This document shows positions 1 through 9,626 of a stretch of DNA of 64,000 nt, piece after piece; positions within the stretch are counted from its first letter, which is position 1; each line of letters opens with the position of its first letter. The DNA is from a virus. The stretch lies in the IMG/VR virus record IMGVR_UViG_3300032285_002884; one strand, given 5' to 3'. The position numbers were made by a program, and so were the translations under genes. The notes below the pieces were generated by a model. The model saw only the letters and a program-made list of their open reading frames with translations, made no database searches and was not told the origin of the DNA.

Positions 1-22
1 AGGCCAACGCCTCGACCATGGG

Positions 23-64
23 TTGACAAAGTGCCGAGAGTGGTGTATAATACCACTCTCGGCA
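23..64 (+). promoter_or_regulatory. sigma70-type promoter whose -10 box lies in the loop of a 13-bp inverted repeat
   Basis: TTGACA(23-28)-17 nt-TATAAT(46-51); tgccgagagtggt(32-44)/accactctcggca(52-64). Confidence 0.75.
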
Positions 65-89
65 TCCCCTTTATATCATGGAGTACATT

Positions 90-1028
90 ATGGACAAGGA
101 CTTTCTCTGGGTCGAGAAGTATCGACCACACGCGATCGCTGACACCATCCTTCCTGCCGAGCTCAAGACTACTTTCCAGCAGTTCGTAGATCAGCGCAAC
201 ATCCCCAACTTAATCCTATCTGGTAGCGCGGGCGTCGGCAAGACCACCGTGGCTCGAGCCATGCTTGAAGAGCTCGAGTGTGACTACATCGTAATCAACG
301 GGTCTATGAATGGCAACATCGATACCCTTCGAAACGAGATCCTTAACTTTGCCTCGTCTGTCTCACTGTCTGGAGGTCGCAAGTATGTTATTCTTGACGA
401 AGCTGACTATCTTAATGCCAATAGCACTCAGCCTGCTCTGCGTAACTTTATGGAAGAGTTCTCACGGAATTGTGGCTTCATCCTTACATGTAACTTTCGC
501 AATCGTATTATTGAGCCTCTCCATTCTCGTTGTTCTGTCATAGACTTCAAGATCGTTAAGGCAGACATCCCTAAGCTTGCCGGTCAGTTCTTCAAGCGCG
601 TCACCGGCATCCTCGAGAAGGAGGGCATCGAGTTCGACCAAGCGGTAGTCGCAGAGGTGATCAAGAAGCACTTCCCCGACTGGCGTCGCGTACTCAACGA
701 GCTTCAGCGCTACTCGGCCACCGGTCGCATTGACTCCGGCATCCTCAACAACATGATCGAGGTATCCATCAAGGACCTCGTTCTCATGATGAAGAATAAG
801 GAGTTCAGTAACATCCGTAAGTGGGTCGGTGAGAACTCCGACGTAGACCAGATCACTGTATTCCGTGGCCTGTACGACGCGTCAAGCACCATCCTCAAGG
901 CTCAGTCGGTTCCCGAGCTCATCCTTATCTTGGCTAAATACCAGTATCAGGCTGCCTTCGCCGCCGACCATGAGATCAACCTCATGGCCTGCCTGACCGA
1001 GCTCATGATGGAGCTCCAATTCGCATGA
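90..1028 (+). CDS. 44: Sliding clamp loader ATPase subunit (T4 gp44-like)
   Basis: WVEKYRP, GSAGVGKTT Walker A, ILDEADYL, SRC motif; GGAG before ATG at 90. Confidence 0.97.
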   Translation: MDKDFLWVEKYRPHAIADTILPAELKTTFQQFVDQRNIPNLILSGSAGVGKTTVARAMLEELECDYIVINGSMNGNIDTLRNEILNFASSVSLSGGRKYVILDEADYLNANSTQPALRNFMEEFSRNCGFILTCNFRNRIIEPLHSRCSVIDFKIVKADIPKLAGQFFKRVTGILEKEGIEFDQAVVAEVIKKHFPDWRRVLNELQRYSATGRIDSGILNNMIEVSIKDLVLMMKNKEFSNIRKWVGENSDVDQITVFRGLYDASSTILKAQSVPELILILAKYQYQAAFAADHEINLMACLTELMMELQFA

Positions 1029-1402
1029 ACCCGTTTGATGTAATCAAAGCCGTCGGCCAGACCAAGGAGAATCTGCTCACTGAAGACGTATCCGAGGGAT
1101 CCTACCCATCTTTCATGGTGAACCGTGGACTCTCATACTTCGTCGACTGTATCGCCTACGCCCAGGAAATGAACGTAAACCACCATCTAGATGGCCGTCT
1201 TCAATTCGACTATCTAATAAATACCATCAGAAAAGGCAAACGCTTCTCAAAGTGGCACAAACCGCAGCGGGACGTTGACTTTAAGCTCGTTCAAGAGTAC
1301 TTCGGATACAACACTCGGAACACCGAGGTTGCCCTAAGGATACTTACCAGAGAGCAGCTTGATGAGATAAAACAAAAACAAGAAAAGGGTGGTATTAAAT
1401 GA
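1025..1402 (+). CDS. 62: Clamp loader small subunit (gp62-like)
   Basis: YxxFMVNRGLSYFxD, RKGKRFSKW; lies between gp44 and regA. Confidence 0.93.
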   Translation: MNPFDVIKAVGQTKENLLTEDVSEGSYPSFMVNRGLSYFVDCIAYAQEMNVNHHLDGRLQFDYLINTIRKGKRFSKWHKPQRDVDFKLVQEYFGYNTRNTEVALRILTREQLDEIKQKQEKGGIK

Positions 1403-1797
1403 ACCTCGTCGATACTCTGGTCGAGATTAAGATAGGAGAAGAAGAAGACTTCCTGAAGATTAAAGAGACTCTGACCAGGATCGGCGTCGCTTCACGTAAG
1501 GAAAAGAAGCTCTATCAGTCTTGTCATATCCTACACAAGCAGGGTAAGTACTACATCGTCCACTTCAAAGAGCTCTTCGCGCTCGACGGTAAGCCTACTA
1601 ACTTCTCAGACGAGGACAAGGGCAGGAGGAACGTCATCGTGTCACTCCTAGAGCAGTGGGACCTAGCCAAGGTAGTCGACCCCGACGTCATAGCAGACCC
1701 TCGTGCCCCTATGAGTCAGATCAAGATCCTACCTCACAAGGAAAAGAATGAGTGGGAGCTGGTAGCTAAATATAACATCGGTAGAAAGAAAGTTTAA
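1399..1797 (+). CDS. regA: Translational repressor RegA
   Basis: DFLKIKETLTRIG, LYQSCHILHKQGKYYIVHFKELF. Confidence 0.97.
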   Translation: MNLVDTLVEIKIGEEEDFLKIKETLTRIGVASRKEKKLYQSCHILHKQGKYYIVHFKELFALDGKPTNFSDEDKGRRNVIVSLLEQWDLAKVVDPDVIADPRAPMSQIKILPHKEKNEWELVAKYNIGRKKV

Positions 1798-1813
1798 TAG
1801 TGGAGTCTATATC

Positions 1814-2011
1814 ATGCAGAGTCCTCCGGACTATGAAGAACCTCCGGTAAACACCGAGAGCGTGAATAAGCCATATCGCGAACAGCGATTAGAACTATGT
1901 AGATCATGTGAGAACTATAACAGCACGTTCAAGACGTGCAGCCTCTGCGGCTGCTTTATGCCTCTGAAGAGCTGGCTTAAGTTCTCAATCTGCCCAGCAG
2001 GGAAGTGGTAA
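1814..2011 (+). CDS. Small Cys-rich hypothetical protein
   Basis: CxxC...CxxCGCFMxxK...CPxGKW. Confidence 0.7.
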   Translation: MQSPPDYEEPPVNTESVNKPYREQRLELCRSCENYNSTFKTCSLCGCFMPLKSWLKFSICPAGKW

Positions 2012-2370
2012 TGTTTAAGATATTTGGATATAAGAAGAAGACACCGGCGGAACAGAAGCTCGCAGATCTTACGGAGATCTTGTTCCCTAAGCCTAAGGTT
2101 CAGATCGGAGCAGACGGCTCTAAGTACCATATCGAGTACTCATTGGACTACAACCTAGAAGGCGCGCTGACGGACCTCGAGATGGGCCACAACGACGCCG
2201 TAGTCCAGAAGACTCTTAGAGAGATATGTAAGTCTCTCGGTAAAGCTCGTAGGCTACTACAGCCTAGAGAAGACGTCGACGAGGACATCACGTTCTTCAT
2301 CGTCGACACACCTGAGGTCTCCGATGAGAGTCCGACGGATCGCGTAGAGGCCCGAGAGGAAGGCTTCTAA
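2011..2370 (+). CDS. Hypothetical protein
   Basis: ORF coupled to upstream stop (TAATG). Confidence 0.65.
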   Translation: MFKIFGYKKKTPAEQKLADLTEILFPKPKVQIGADGSKYHIEYSLDYNLEGALTDLEMGHNDAVVQKTLREICKSLGKARRLLQPREDVDEDITFFIVDTPEVSDESPTDRVEAREEGF

Positions 2371-2461
2371 TTCTTATCATCATAAATAGTAAATCGCACT
2401 GTATCCTTTGGTGCGAAGTAAGGTATTGGCAGAACCGATGCCCCAACCCTAAGGAGAATAA

Positions 2462-2920
2462 ATGAAGATAGCAGCAATTGCAGCCGCTGCATTGCTATCG
2501 ATGCCGACGATGACCATCGACAACGACTACGTACCGATGGTGTCAATTGGAAGGGCCCACGCCCAAGAATCAATCCAAGAAATGGTATCGAGAAAGGCGG
2601 CTGACCATGGTGTGCCTGAGAGATTCGCGCACGCAGTGGTCAAAGTAGAGTCTAACTATGACCCTAAATTGAGAGGCTCTCATGGTGAATATGGACTCGG
2701 TCAAATCAAGTGCTCAACGGCACGAGATGTGGGATTCACCGGTAAGTGCCAAGAGCTCGCAATGCCTGAGATCAACCTCGAGTACAGTATGAGGTATCTC
2801 AGTGAAGCTTTAAAGGTAGCAGACGGCAACCTCTGCGGCGCTTCCACAGTCTACAATGCTGGCATAAATCATAAGCCTACCAAGTCCCAGTATTGTAGGA
2901 TGGTGCTCAGTCAAATGTAG
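2462..2920 (+). CDS. Secreted lytic transglycosylase (SLT domain)
   Basis: Signal-like N-terminus; VESNYDP, GLGQI, YNAG; CATAAATA late-type promoter at about 2381. Confidence 0.9.
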   Translation: MKIAAIAAAALLSMPTMTIDNDYVPMVSIGRAHAQESIQEMVSRKAADHGVPERFAHAVVKVESNYDPKLRGSHGEYGLGQIKCSTARDVGFTGKCQELAMPEINLEYSMRYLSEALKVADGNLCGASTVYNAGINHKPTKSQYCRMVLSQM

Positions 2921-2933
2921 CACATATAAAGAG

Positions 2934-2962
2934 AAAAGGAGGGGAACATCCCCTCCTTTTTT
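2934..2962. terminator. Bidirectional intrinsic terminator
   Basis: aaaaggagggga-aca-tcccctcctttttt between convergent genes. Confidence 0.85.
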
Positions 2963-3443
2963 ATGTTCTAGCTTTTTCCATCTTACCGAGAGTGATGACC
3001 AGACGGTTGTCTCTCTCGTCTTTGTATGGCTTTAGGTCTAGGTCTTTCGGCACGCTCGTGAGCTTCTCGTGACCTTCTAGCTTGATGTACCTGTCGATGA
3101 ACCTGCTGTACTTTTCCCAGTTGATCCCTGCCTGTACTACCGCGTCGTGCTCTACTGCAGTCGCGATGAGGTGGGCTTCTTGGTACTTTAGTCCGAAACC
3201 GTCGATTAAAGCCTTCTCAACTTTCTCGTGCATCTCGATGAACTTCTGTATGTCCTTGCCGTTCGGCATCTTGAAGTTGGCGTGTCTGTCGAAGTAGACC
3301 GTGCTTCCGTCTCTTGAGTATCCCCCGACATACGGTACGTCGAACGTCTTGACTACCCTGTATGGTCTATTGAACAGTCTCTTGAACTTCGGGTCTGTGA
3401 GGTACTTGAACTCACTAAAGGACAGCTTTCTTGGAAGCTTCAT
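2961..3443 (-). CDS. Hypothetical protein (HExxE...H possible metal site)
   Basis: Start MKLPRK with AGGAG; MHEKVE and EAHLIA. Confidence 0.65.
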   Translation of the reverse strand: MKLPRKLSFSEFKYLTDPKFKRLFNRPYRVVKTFDVPYVGGYSRDGSTVYFDRHANFKMPNGKDIQKFIEMHEKVEKALIDGFGLKYQEAHLIATAVEHDAVVQAGINWEKYSRFIDRYIKLEGHEKLTSVPKDLDLKPYKDERDNRLVITLGKMEKART

Positions 3444-3445
3444 GA

Positions 3446-4126
3446 TTACTCCTTCTTGAAAAGCTCGTTGAGCTCCTCTAGGGTATTGACGGACGCGTCT
3501 GATCTGCATAGATCTAGATATTTATCCTTGTCCGTGCTCCATGTATCCCCGTCCCACCACTCAAATCCTGGAAAGCCAGCCTTATACAGGGAGCTCTCGT
3601 CGTATCCAGGACCGAAGTAGATGTGCTCACATCCGAGGTCTTTGGCGAACTGGATCTCGAAGTCTACTATCTTGCGTCCGAGCGACAGCTTAGGCTCAGC
3701 GTAGTCCCAAGCTGTGAACTGGCTCTCTACTCCGCCGTCGTACTCGATGAACTTGGTAAACGCTACCATGACGCCGTCTTTCTTGATGGCGACTAGGGAT
3801 GCCCTGTCGAGGTCGCAGTAGAGGTCGAAGTGTGGTGTGAAGCCTCTTGCCTCAAGGAACGCCGCATAGACACGATCCACCTCTGGAGTCTTCTCCATGG
3901 TGAGTATGTATTCGACAGTGTGTCCCTTGATAGGCTTTGGATTCTTGACGAAAGCGTCGACCCTGATGCGGGTCAGACGGGACTGCAACCACTTTCCGTC
4001 GTAGATAGACCAACCGTTATCGAGCGCCACGCTCTCAGGCGTGTCGCCAAGCTCCAAGCTGAGTTTAACCAGCTGGAGATCGAACGTGTCTTGTCTCCCG
4101 AAGAAGTGGTTTATCTTGGTCTTCAT
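3446..4126 (-). CDS. ATE1/Bpt-like aminoacyl-tRNA-protein transferase
   Basis: LDNGW..; SQFTAWDY..PKLSLG...EIQFAKDLGCEHIYFG..Y....YKAGF matches the ATE C-terminal pattern. Confidence 0.7.
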   Translation of the reverse strand: MKTKINHFFGRQDTFDLQLVKLSLELGDTPESVALDNGWSIYDGKWLQSRLTRIRVDAFVKNPKPIKGHTVEYILTMEKTPEVDRVYAAFLEARGFTPHFDLYCDLDRASLVAIKKDGVMVAFTKFIEYDGGVESQFTAWDYAEPKLSLGRKIVDFEIQFAKDLGCEHIYFGPGYDESSLYKAGFPGFEWWDGDTWSTDKDKYLDLCRSDASVNTLEELNELFKKE

Positions 4127-4541
4127 GTTCCTTCAGCATATACAATGCTGACCTCCCGTCCTCGTAAAAGTTGTCTACCGTCTCAACGATCTTAAATCCG
4201 CATGACTCATAAAGAGATATGGCCGATTGGTTGTCTGATGAGACGTGGAGGGAGTAGATCGAATTCTCAGTGGAAATGAATTTATCAAGTAGCAGTCGTG
4301 AATATCCCTTACGTCTACTATATTTATTCACTGCCAGACTGTATAGGTAGCAGTTTCCAGAAATATTATCATAATTAAAATACCAAACCGCATAGGCGAC
4401 GACTTCTCCATCGACTTCTAGCACGTAGGTCTCTGGGCTCTCGTCCAGCAGTTCCTCGGTAATGAAGTCGGTGGAGAAGCTGGAGTACTCTATCTCGAGT
4501 ATCTTGGGATAGTCCTCCCTCGTCGCCCTGCGAACTATCAT
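4065..4541 (-). CDS. RimI-like GNAT N-acetyltransferase
   Basis: LAV...RRKGYSRxLL; LHVSSDNQSAISLYESCGF...NFYEDGxxALYM. Confidence 0.88.
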   Translation of the reverse strand: MIVRRATREDYPKILEIEYSSFSTDFITEELLDESPETYVLEVDGEVVAYAVWYFNYDNISGNCYLYSLAVNKYSRRKGYSRLLLDKFISTENSIYSLHVSSDNQSAISLYESCGFKIVETVDNFYEDGRSALYMLKEHEDQDKPLLRETRHVRSPAG

Positions 4542-5407
4542 CTAAACTTGCTCTCCATAGCCTCTCTGAACTTGCTGGCGCGGTCGTACTGGTGTACGAT
4601 AGAGAACGGCGACCCTGCTTGCCCTACCACTAAGCCTAGCTCGTCGAGCTCTGGGTCTGGACACACCATGTTGTCCCTGACGCTCTTCTCGGTGATGTAG
4701 CCCCTGACGAAGTGCTGGCCTATCTCACCCGAGCCTTCCCTGATGGCGTGGGTAGACGTTCCTAGGTGGCATACGAAGCCTGTATTGGTATCTTGGAACG
4801 AAGTCTTGCTGATGAAGGCATCGAGAGACAGCACTAGGTTCATCGCAGACTGGTCAGCGATACCGTTGGGTCCGTACTGGAGGATTGGAGCCTTGCACAG
4901 CATGTAGGAGGCCCAGAGAAGGTCGGCCACGGCGTCCCTCTTACCTCCTATGACTCCACAGCAGTAGACAGGAGTGTCGAGCATGCGGTTGAGGCTGTCG
5001 CGACCAAACATCTGGAGCATGTTGTTCTTGCTCCACGGCTCGTCTCGGTACTTGAAGTTCTCGGCTCCGACTACTAGGTCTCTGTTGAAGACGCTGAGCC
5101 ACTTCATAGGATCTGTCTGGAAGACCACGTCCCTGACGTCCGTGAACACTACGCGCTCGACGTCTTCCATCCCATATAAGATCTCGGCGATCTGAGCAAA
5201 GCGCTGGACGTGAACTGCCTGCCCTTCTATACTGGCACGCACCACCTCAAAGCCGTTCTCTTTGATCTTGGCAATCGTATCGTCGCTGGCCCTGTAGACC
5301 ACCAACACCTTCCTGCCAGTGAACCCACACCTGTTTACGGAGTTGATCCACATCTTCATCTGGTCATATTCATAGTTATCGACAGCGCCGATTATCAAGT
5401 CAGTCAT
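4538..5407 (-). CDS. Glycosyltransferase-like protein (GT-A, TDVRD motif)
   Basis: VVFTDVRDVVFQTDP, DQSAMN, IVHQYDR. Confidence 0.7.
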   Translation of the reverse strand: MTDLIIGAVDNYEYDQMKMWINSVNRCGFTGRKVLVVYRASDDTIAKIKENGFEVVRASIEGQAVHVQRFAQIAEILYGMEDVERVVFTDVRDVVFQTDPMKWLSVFNRDLVVGAENFKYRDEPWSKNNMLQMFGRDSLNRMLDTPVYCCGVIGGKRDAVADLLWASYMLCKAPILQYGPNGIADQSAMNLVLSLDAFISKTSFQDTNTGFVCHLGTSTHAIREGSGEIGQHFVRGYITEKSVRDNMVCPDPELDELGLVVGQAGSPFSIVHQYDRASKFREAMESKFR

Positions 5408-5461
5408 CGTGTTCTCCATAAAGCAAGGGGGTCCATACTTTTATATATGGACCCCCGTAAT

Positions 5462-5549
5462 TGGCGGAGCGTATAGGAGTTGAACCTATTCTACCCTTGC
5501 GGGTAGTACGGTTTAGCAAACCGCTGCATTACCGTCCTGCCCACGCTCC
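5462..5549 (-). tRNA. tRNA-Ser(GCT)
   Basis: GCGGT-TTGCTAA-ACCGT, long variable arm, G73, CCA. Confidence 0.95.
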
Positions 5550-5557
5550 TTAGGTTA

Positions 5558-6223
5558 TCAGAACGAGAACTTGTAGCCTACGAGGACGCCGTCGTCCGTA
5601 GCGCCGAAGTCCTTGTCATAGCTGCGATAGACCTTGGCGTACACCGAGTGTGCGTCAGAGATCTTGTAGGTCACGCCGGTACCGATCTGGTGCGACTCAA
5701 ATCCTTTCGACGAATCGAAGGAGTCGCGGTAGCGGTACTGTACTGCGTTCCAAGTAAGGTTAGACGAGAGCTTGACGTCTGCGCCGAGACGGCCGACGTA
5801 GTAGCTGTACTCGTCGCCTGGAACCCAGCGTTCACCCACGCCGACCGAACCCTTGAGGTCGACCGAAGAGGTGACTGGAAGCTTGTAGCCGATCGAGCCC
5901 TCGACCGAGTCCTTCTCACCTGAAGCTACGGTGTCCTGACGCTGTACCTGACCAGCGATGAACGCGCCGCCGCCGAGCTGGTGCTCGACACCGAGTGTGT
6001 ATGCAGTCTTGTTACGGTCGTTAGTACCTGCATCTACCTCGACGCCGACGTCTGCAGACACAGATGTCGTAGGTGCCGATGGAGCTGGAGCAGCGACGGG
6101 GGCGACCTGAGCAGCTACTGCTGCAGGGTGCTTAGCGACGTGCTTCTTCTTTAGTGGGAGGTCCGTTGCATAAGCCGACGAAGCCACGGTAAGCGCTGCG
6201 AGCGCGATGATGAGTTTCTTCAT
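5558..6223 (-). CDS. Outer-membrane beta-barrel protein
   Basis: Signal peptide ..AYA/TDLP, amphipathic strands, C-terminal YKFSF. Confidence 0.85.
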   Translation of the reverse strand: MKKLIIALAALTVASSAYATDLPLKKKHVAKHPAAVAAQVAPVAAPAPSAPTTSVSADVGVEVDAGTNDRNKTAYTLGVEHQLGGGAFIAGQVQRQDTVASGEKDSVEGSIGYKLPVTSSVDLKGSVGVGERWVPGDEYSYYVGRLGADVKLSSNLTWNAVQYRYRDSFDSSKGFESHQIGTGVTYKISDAHSVYAKVYRSYDKDFGATDDGVLVGYKFSF

Positions 6224-6243
6224 TTAGTCTCTCCTTGTTGAAT

Positions 6244-6321
6244 TGGTGCCCCATCTCAGATTCGAACTGAGAACCTCTAGATTCTAAGTCTAGCACCTCT
6301 AACCAGTTGGGCTAATGGGGC
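6244..6321 (-). tRNA. tRNA-Leu(TAG), short variable loop
   Basis: CTAGA-CTTAGAA-TCTAG; 5-nt variable loop; CCA. Confidence 0.9.
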
Positions 6322-6355
6322 ATTATATTTACTATACTATATATTGCAGTTGTTG

Positions 6356-7417
6356 TCAATGGTATTTCATACTATAATCAGCCATGATGTGCGAGGGGAA
6401 GACTCCTCCTTGCTTATTTCTGATGTTTATCTTGAGTGACATCTTGGGTGTATCTACGTAGATGTCGACACGCTTAGCGGTACCGATTGGGTACCTGACT
6501 TTCACGCTGTTGATCGTCGTCGCTTCATCGAGAAACTTAGACGTTACGGGAAACTGGTGGACTACCTTTCCGGTCTTATGCACGAGATGGAAGCCGTAGC
6601 CGATACCTGACTTGAGAAAGTTTGATAGGATTCTCTTATCTATGTGTTGAGTGACGTCGACCATCTGCTCGTTACTTACTCCTCCGTACGCGTTGAACAC
6701 CGAGCAGAACTTGACATTGTCGATCCCAAACATATTTAAGAAAGTAAGACCGTTGACGTTCTTTATAGAGCCAGACTTTATCTCGTCCTGTGTTAGTATG
6801 CTCGCGACGCCGATGTTGAAGAACGTAACCGTGCCGCCAAACTTGGCACTGATGAATATCTTCTTTGAAGTGGTGGTGACAGTGACGTCGGTCACCGTCT
6901 GACCTATGTCTCCCGGAGGTCCACCGATGTACGGCTGACTTCCCATGAAGGTAAGAGGTCGACGCTGATTTAGTGCGCCTTCTGCTTTGACACCGCCTGT
7001 CAGTATCTTTAGAGTCGGCGAGCTGTTGAGACCATACATGGAGACGAAGTCGGATACAAACTGAGGGTTCTCAAACTTGGCGCTGAGACCTTCTTGGTCA
7101 AATAAGACTAGGTCCCTTACTATCTCTCCCTCGAACCCAATGCCCCTGTTACCTGCACCGGCATTTCCTCTGCTGCCGTTTCCGAAGTCAATAGAGAGTC
7201 CGGGAGCGTGCGATCTCATCTCAGCTAGAGTCACCTTGCTCGAGAAAGACCTCAAGACTTTGACCTTGTTAGGTGAGTTTCTGTCTATGGCCATGGGGTC
7301 TTTGACCGCTGGAACCTTAGCTGTCAAGAAGACGTAGAGGGCGTTGAGAGCCGTGAAGGTCCTAAGATTGGCTTTACCTATCTCTTCAGCAGACTTAGGG
7401 ACAAAGTTGTACGCCAT
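6356..7417 (-). CDS. Hypothetical protein, possible PD-(D/E)XK nuclease
   Basis: GFE...TDVTV....IFISAK pattern; AATAAATA late-type promoter upstream. Confidence 0.55.
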   Translation of the reverse strand: MAYNFVPKSAEEIGKANLRTFTALNALYVFLTAKVPAVKDPMAIDRNSPNKVKVLRSFSSKVTLAEMRSHAPGLSIDFGNGSRGNAGAGNRGIGFEGEIVRDLVLFDQEGLSAKFENPQFVSDFVSMYGLNSSPTLKILTGGVKAEGALNQRRPLTFMGSQPYIGGPPGDIGQTVTDVTVTTTSKKIFISAKFGGTVTFFNIGVASILTQDEIKSGSIKNVNGLTFLNMFGIDNVKFCSVFNAYGGVSNEQMVDVTQHIDKRILSNFLKSGIGYGFHLVHKTGKVVHQFPVTSKFLDEATTINSVKVRYPIGTAKRVDIYVDTPKMSLKINIRNKQGGVFPSHIMADYSMKYH

Positions 7418-7447
7418 AAAGAAGTTCTCCGTTTATGGTGTATTTAT

Positions 7448-7523
7448 TGGCTGGGGATCAAGGGCTCGAACCTCGGACATCCAGATTCAGAGTCTGGCGT
7501 TCTACCAACTGAACTAATCCCCA
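7448..7523 (-). tRNA. tRNA-Gln(CTG)
   Basis: CCAGA-CTCTGAA-TCTGG; CCA. Confidence 0.95.
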
Positions 7524-7524
7524 A

Positions 7525-7599
7525 TGGTGCTGACAGACAGGATCGAACTGTCGACCTCATCATTACCAATGATGTGCACTACCACTGTGCTATGTCAGC
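7525..7599 (-). tRNA. tRNA-Thr(GGT)
   Basis: CATCA-TTGGTAA-TGATG; CCA. Confidence 0.95.
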
Positions 7600-7612
7600 T
7601 CTAATCTATATA

Positions 7613-7689
7613 TGGTGCGACCGAGAGGACTCGAACCTCCAACGCCTAGCACCTCAAGCTAGTGTCTCTACCAGTTGGACTACGGTCGC
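7613..7689 (-). tRNA. tRNA-Leu(GAG), short variable loop
   Basis: CTAGC-TTGAGGT-GCTAG; 5-nt variable loop; CCA. Confidence 0.9.
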
Positions 7690-8300
7690 TTAATACGTCT
7701 GCCTTTAACAAACCCATTGTCTAGATATTCTTTTAATTCTTCGTTCTTTATCTTTTTGGAATTTGAACCGTCTGTAACCCAACACGTTCCATATTGAGAA
7801 TTTTTACTTCCAGAATGTGCTTCACTCATTCTCTTTTTTACATCATCAGTATGTTTCATACCAGTTGTATCTGGAATGAAAGTATATGTACCGTTTTTCC
7901 AATGTTGTTTTGCTGAAACTCTTTTCTCTTCTATCCATTCTGTTGTGACGTAAGAAGTATCTGTTTTTGAATAGTCACGCTTGTCAGCTATTTTTTGATT
8001 ATGTTCATGATGGTTTCTGGTACGATTTATATAGCTAAATCCTACTCGACCTCCTTCACAAAGATTATACGTTTCTTCAGAAATGACGACTAGTTCTTTT
8101 TCTGCATTATTCATATCTTCTTCATTATCAAAGATATGAAGTATTTCTTTTTTGAAGTTCTCAATCCCATACTTCTTGATAGCTATTTTTAAGAGTTTAC
8201 CAGAACCCATATATCCATCATTTAAGTCTTTAGTCTGATGTTTTCCAATATAGTATTTTCTATTGACTAAATTGGTGATTTTATATATGAGATATTTCAT
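7680..8300 (-). mobile_element. Free-standing GIY-YIG homing endonuclease (Seg-like)
   Basis: LIYKITN..N.KYYIGKH..Y.GSG; NUMOD3-like GMKHTDDVKKRMS; AT-rich; stop codon inside tRNA-Leu 5' end. Confidence 0.92.
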
Positions 8301-8302
8301 AA

Positions 8303-8355
8303 GAAAGACTCTGCTGCAATAGGGTTTACGAACTATTTATACAGCAGAGTCTTTC
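8303..8355 (-). promoter_or_regulatory. T4-type late promoter inside a 14-bp hairpin covering the endonuclease initiation region
   Basis: gaaagactctgctg(8303-16)/cagcagagtctttc(8342-55); TATAAATA at 8341-8334. Confidence 0.8.
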
Positions 8356-8567
8356 AATGTGGAGGATAGCGGAATCGAACCGCTGAGTCCTGCGTGCAAG
8401 GCAGGCATGTTCCCACTAGCATCAATCCCCCGTGAGTAGTACTTATTGTAGAAGAATAGCTCCGCCATGTCTGACGGGTACTCTTGAAACTTCTTTCTCT
8501 CAAGCTTAGGCAGCCTGTCAAACCATTCCCAGAACTTTGCTTTGAAGTCAGGGTTATCGAAGTCCAT
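8337..8567 (-). CDS. Hypothetical protein reading through tRNA-Ala
   Basis: Protein-like N-terminal 45 aa (FWEWFD..AELFFYNKYY); frame continues across the tRNA. Confidence 0.5.
   Translation of the reverse strand: MDFDNPDFKAKFWEWFDRLPKLERKKFQEYPSDMAELFFYNKYYSRGIDASGNMPALHAGLSGSIPLSSTLKDSAV
8360..8431 (-). tRNA. tRNA-Ala(TGC), CCA not encoded
   Basis: CCTGC-CTTGCAC-GCAGG; G3:U70. Confidence 0.9.
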
Positions 8568-9027
8568 CGTTTGACCAGTACGATACGTAGTCGCTGCAGA
8601 CGCCGTAGCAGCGCTGAGTAGCCTGTACCATGTTGTCGAGACCGAACGTGTGCTCGGGCAGGACCGCTATGCTGTTCTTGGTTAGGATCAGCTTAGGGTT
8701 AGGGTAGGTCCAGATGAACGTCTCCTCGATCAGCGTGCAGTCGTCGTCCTGATGAAAGAACATGTGAGGCTCTAGCGGTAGGTAGTCGATGGCCCAGTCG
8801 AGAGACTCGACGGTCTTGCAGTGTACCCAAAACTTCTCGTTATTGAGGAAGTCTAGGTCTACCTCGTACTGTGGTTCCCAGTGACCGAGAAACGGCTTGC
8901 CATCCTTGACGTGAAGGTCGATCTCGACGTCGTAGCCCCAGTCCAGTGCTCGCTGGATCTGGTCGGGATGGTTCTCTAACAAAATGTCTGGACCGTTGAA
9001 GAGTCCTCTGTGTGCGATTAGCTTCAT
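8554..9027 (-). CDS. Glycerophosphodiester phosphodiesterase-like protein
   Basis: LIAHRG, EN, DVEIDL, WVHCK, GVCSD. Confidence 0.8.
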   Translation of the reverse strand: MKLIAHRGLFNGPDILLENHPDQIQRALDWGYDVEIDLHVKDGKPFLGHWEPQYEVDLDFLNNEKFWVHCKTVESLDWAIDYLPLEPHMFFHQDDDCTLIEETFIWTYPNPKLILTKNSIAVLPEHTFGLDNMVQATQRCYGVCSDYVSYWSNDGLR

Positions 9028-9626
9028 TGCGGTCTCCGAAACTTGATGTTGGCTTCTGTCTTGAACTCTGGATGGTCGTACTCTACGTCGTAGACGAAGC
9101 CCATCTCGGTCAGCCACTTAGAGACGCTGTCATATGAGTTATCAACGCCTTTGTAGAGCGGTACGTTGTAGGATACCTCTACCTGTCCTGCCTGCACGAT
9201 GTCTATGTATCTTCCGAGGCTCTTGAGAACGTTGAAGTCGCTGCCCTGTGCGTCGACGTGCAGGTAGTCAATGTTGGTGATGCCGTGCATCTCGATGAAG
9301 TTGTCGAGACGGATAGTCATGACCGACTGCTTGCCAGTAAAGTGGAAGTCAAACCCGTTCCACCTCTCCTTCACTCCGTCGGTGAACTCGTTGAGCGAGC
9401 TGCATCCCCAGTCCTGCCATCCAGCGACGTTGAAGGTAGTAAACCTGTTCTCGACGTCTACCGCGAGCGGGACGATCTTTACTCGCTCGTCCCAGCCGAA
9501 CTTCTCGTTGAGGGTCTTTACCAGCTCGATCGTAGGCTCAAATCCGTAAAGCACCATGTCTGACTGTGTAAGGTATCCAGGAGTGTCGGTACCTTGGTTC
9601 ATTCCAACTTCAAATACAGTTCTCAT
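9024..9626 (-). CDS. FkbM-family methyltransferase
   Basis: FEVGMNQG, GFEP, TIRLDNF, IDYLHVDAQGSD. Confidence 0.88.
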   Translation of the reverse strand: MRTVFEVGMNQGTDTPGYLTQSDMVLYGFEPTIELVKTLNEKFGWDERVKIVPLAVDVENRFTTFNVAGWQDWGCSSLNEFTDGVKERWNGFDFHFTGKQSVMTIRLDNFIEMHGITNIDYLHVDAQGSDFNVLKSLGRYIDIVQAGQVEVSYNVPLYKGVDNSYDSVSKWLTEMGFVYDVEYDHPEFKTEANIKFRRPQ

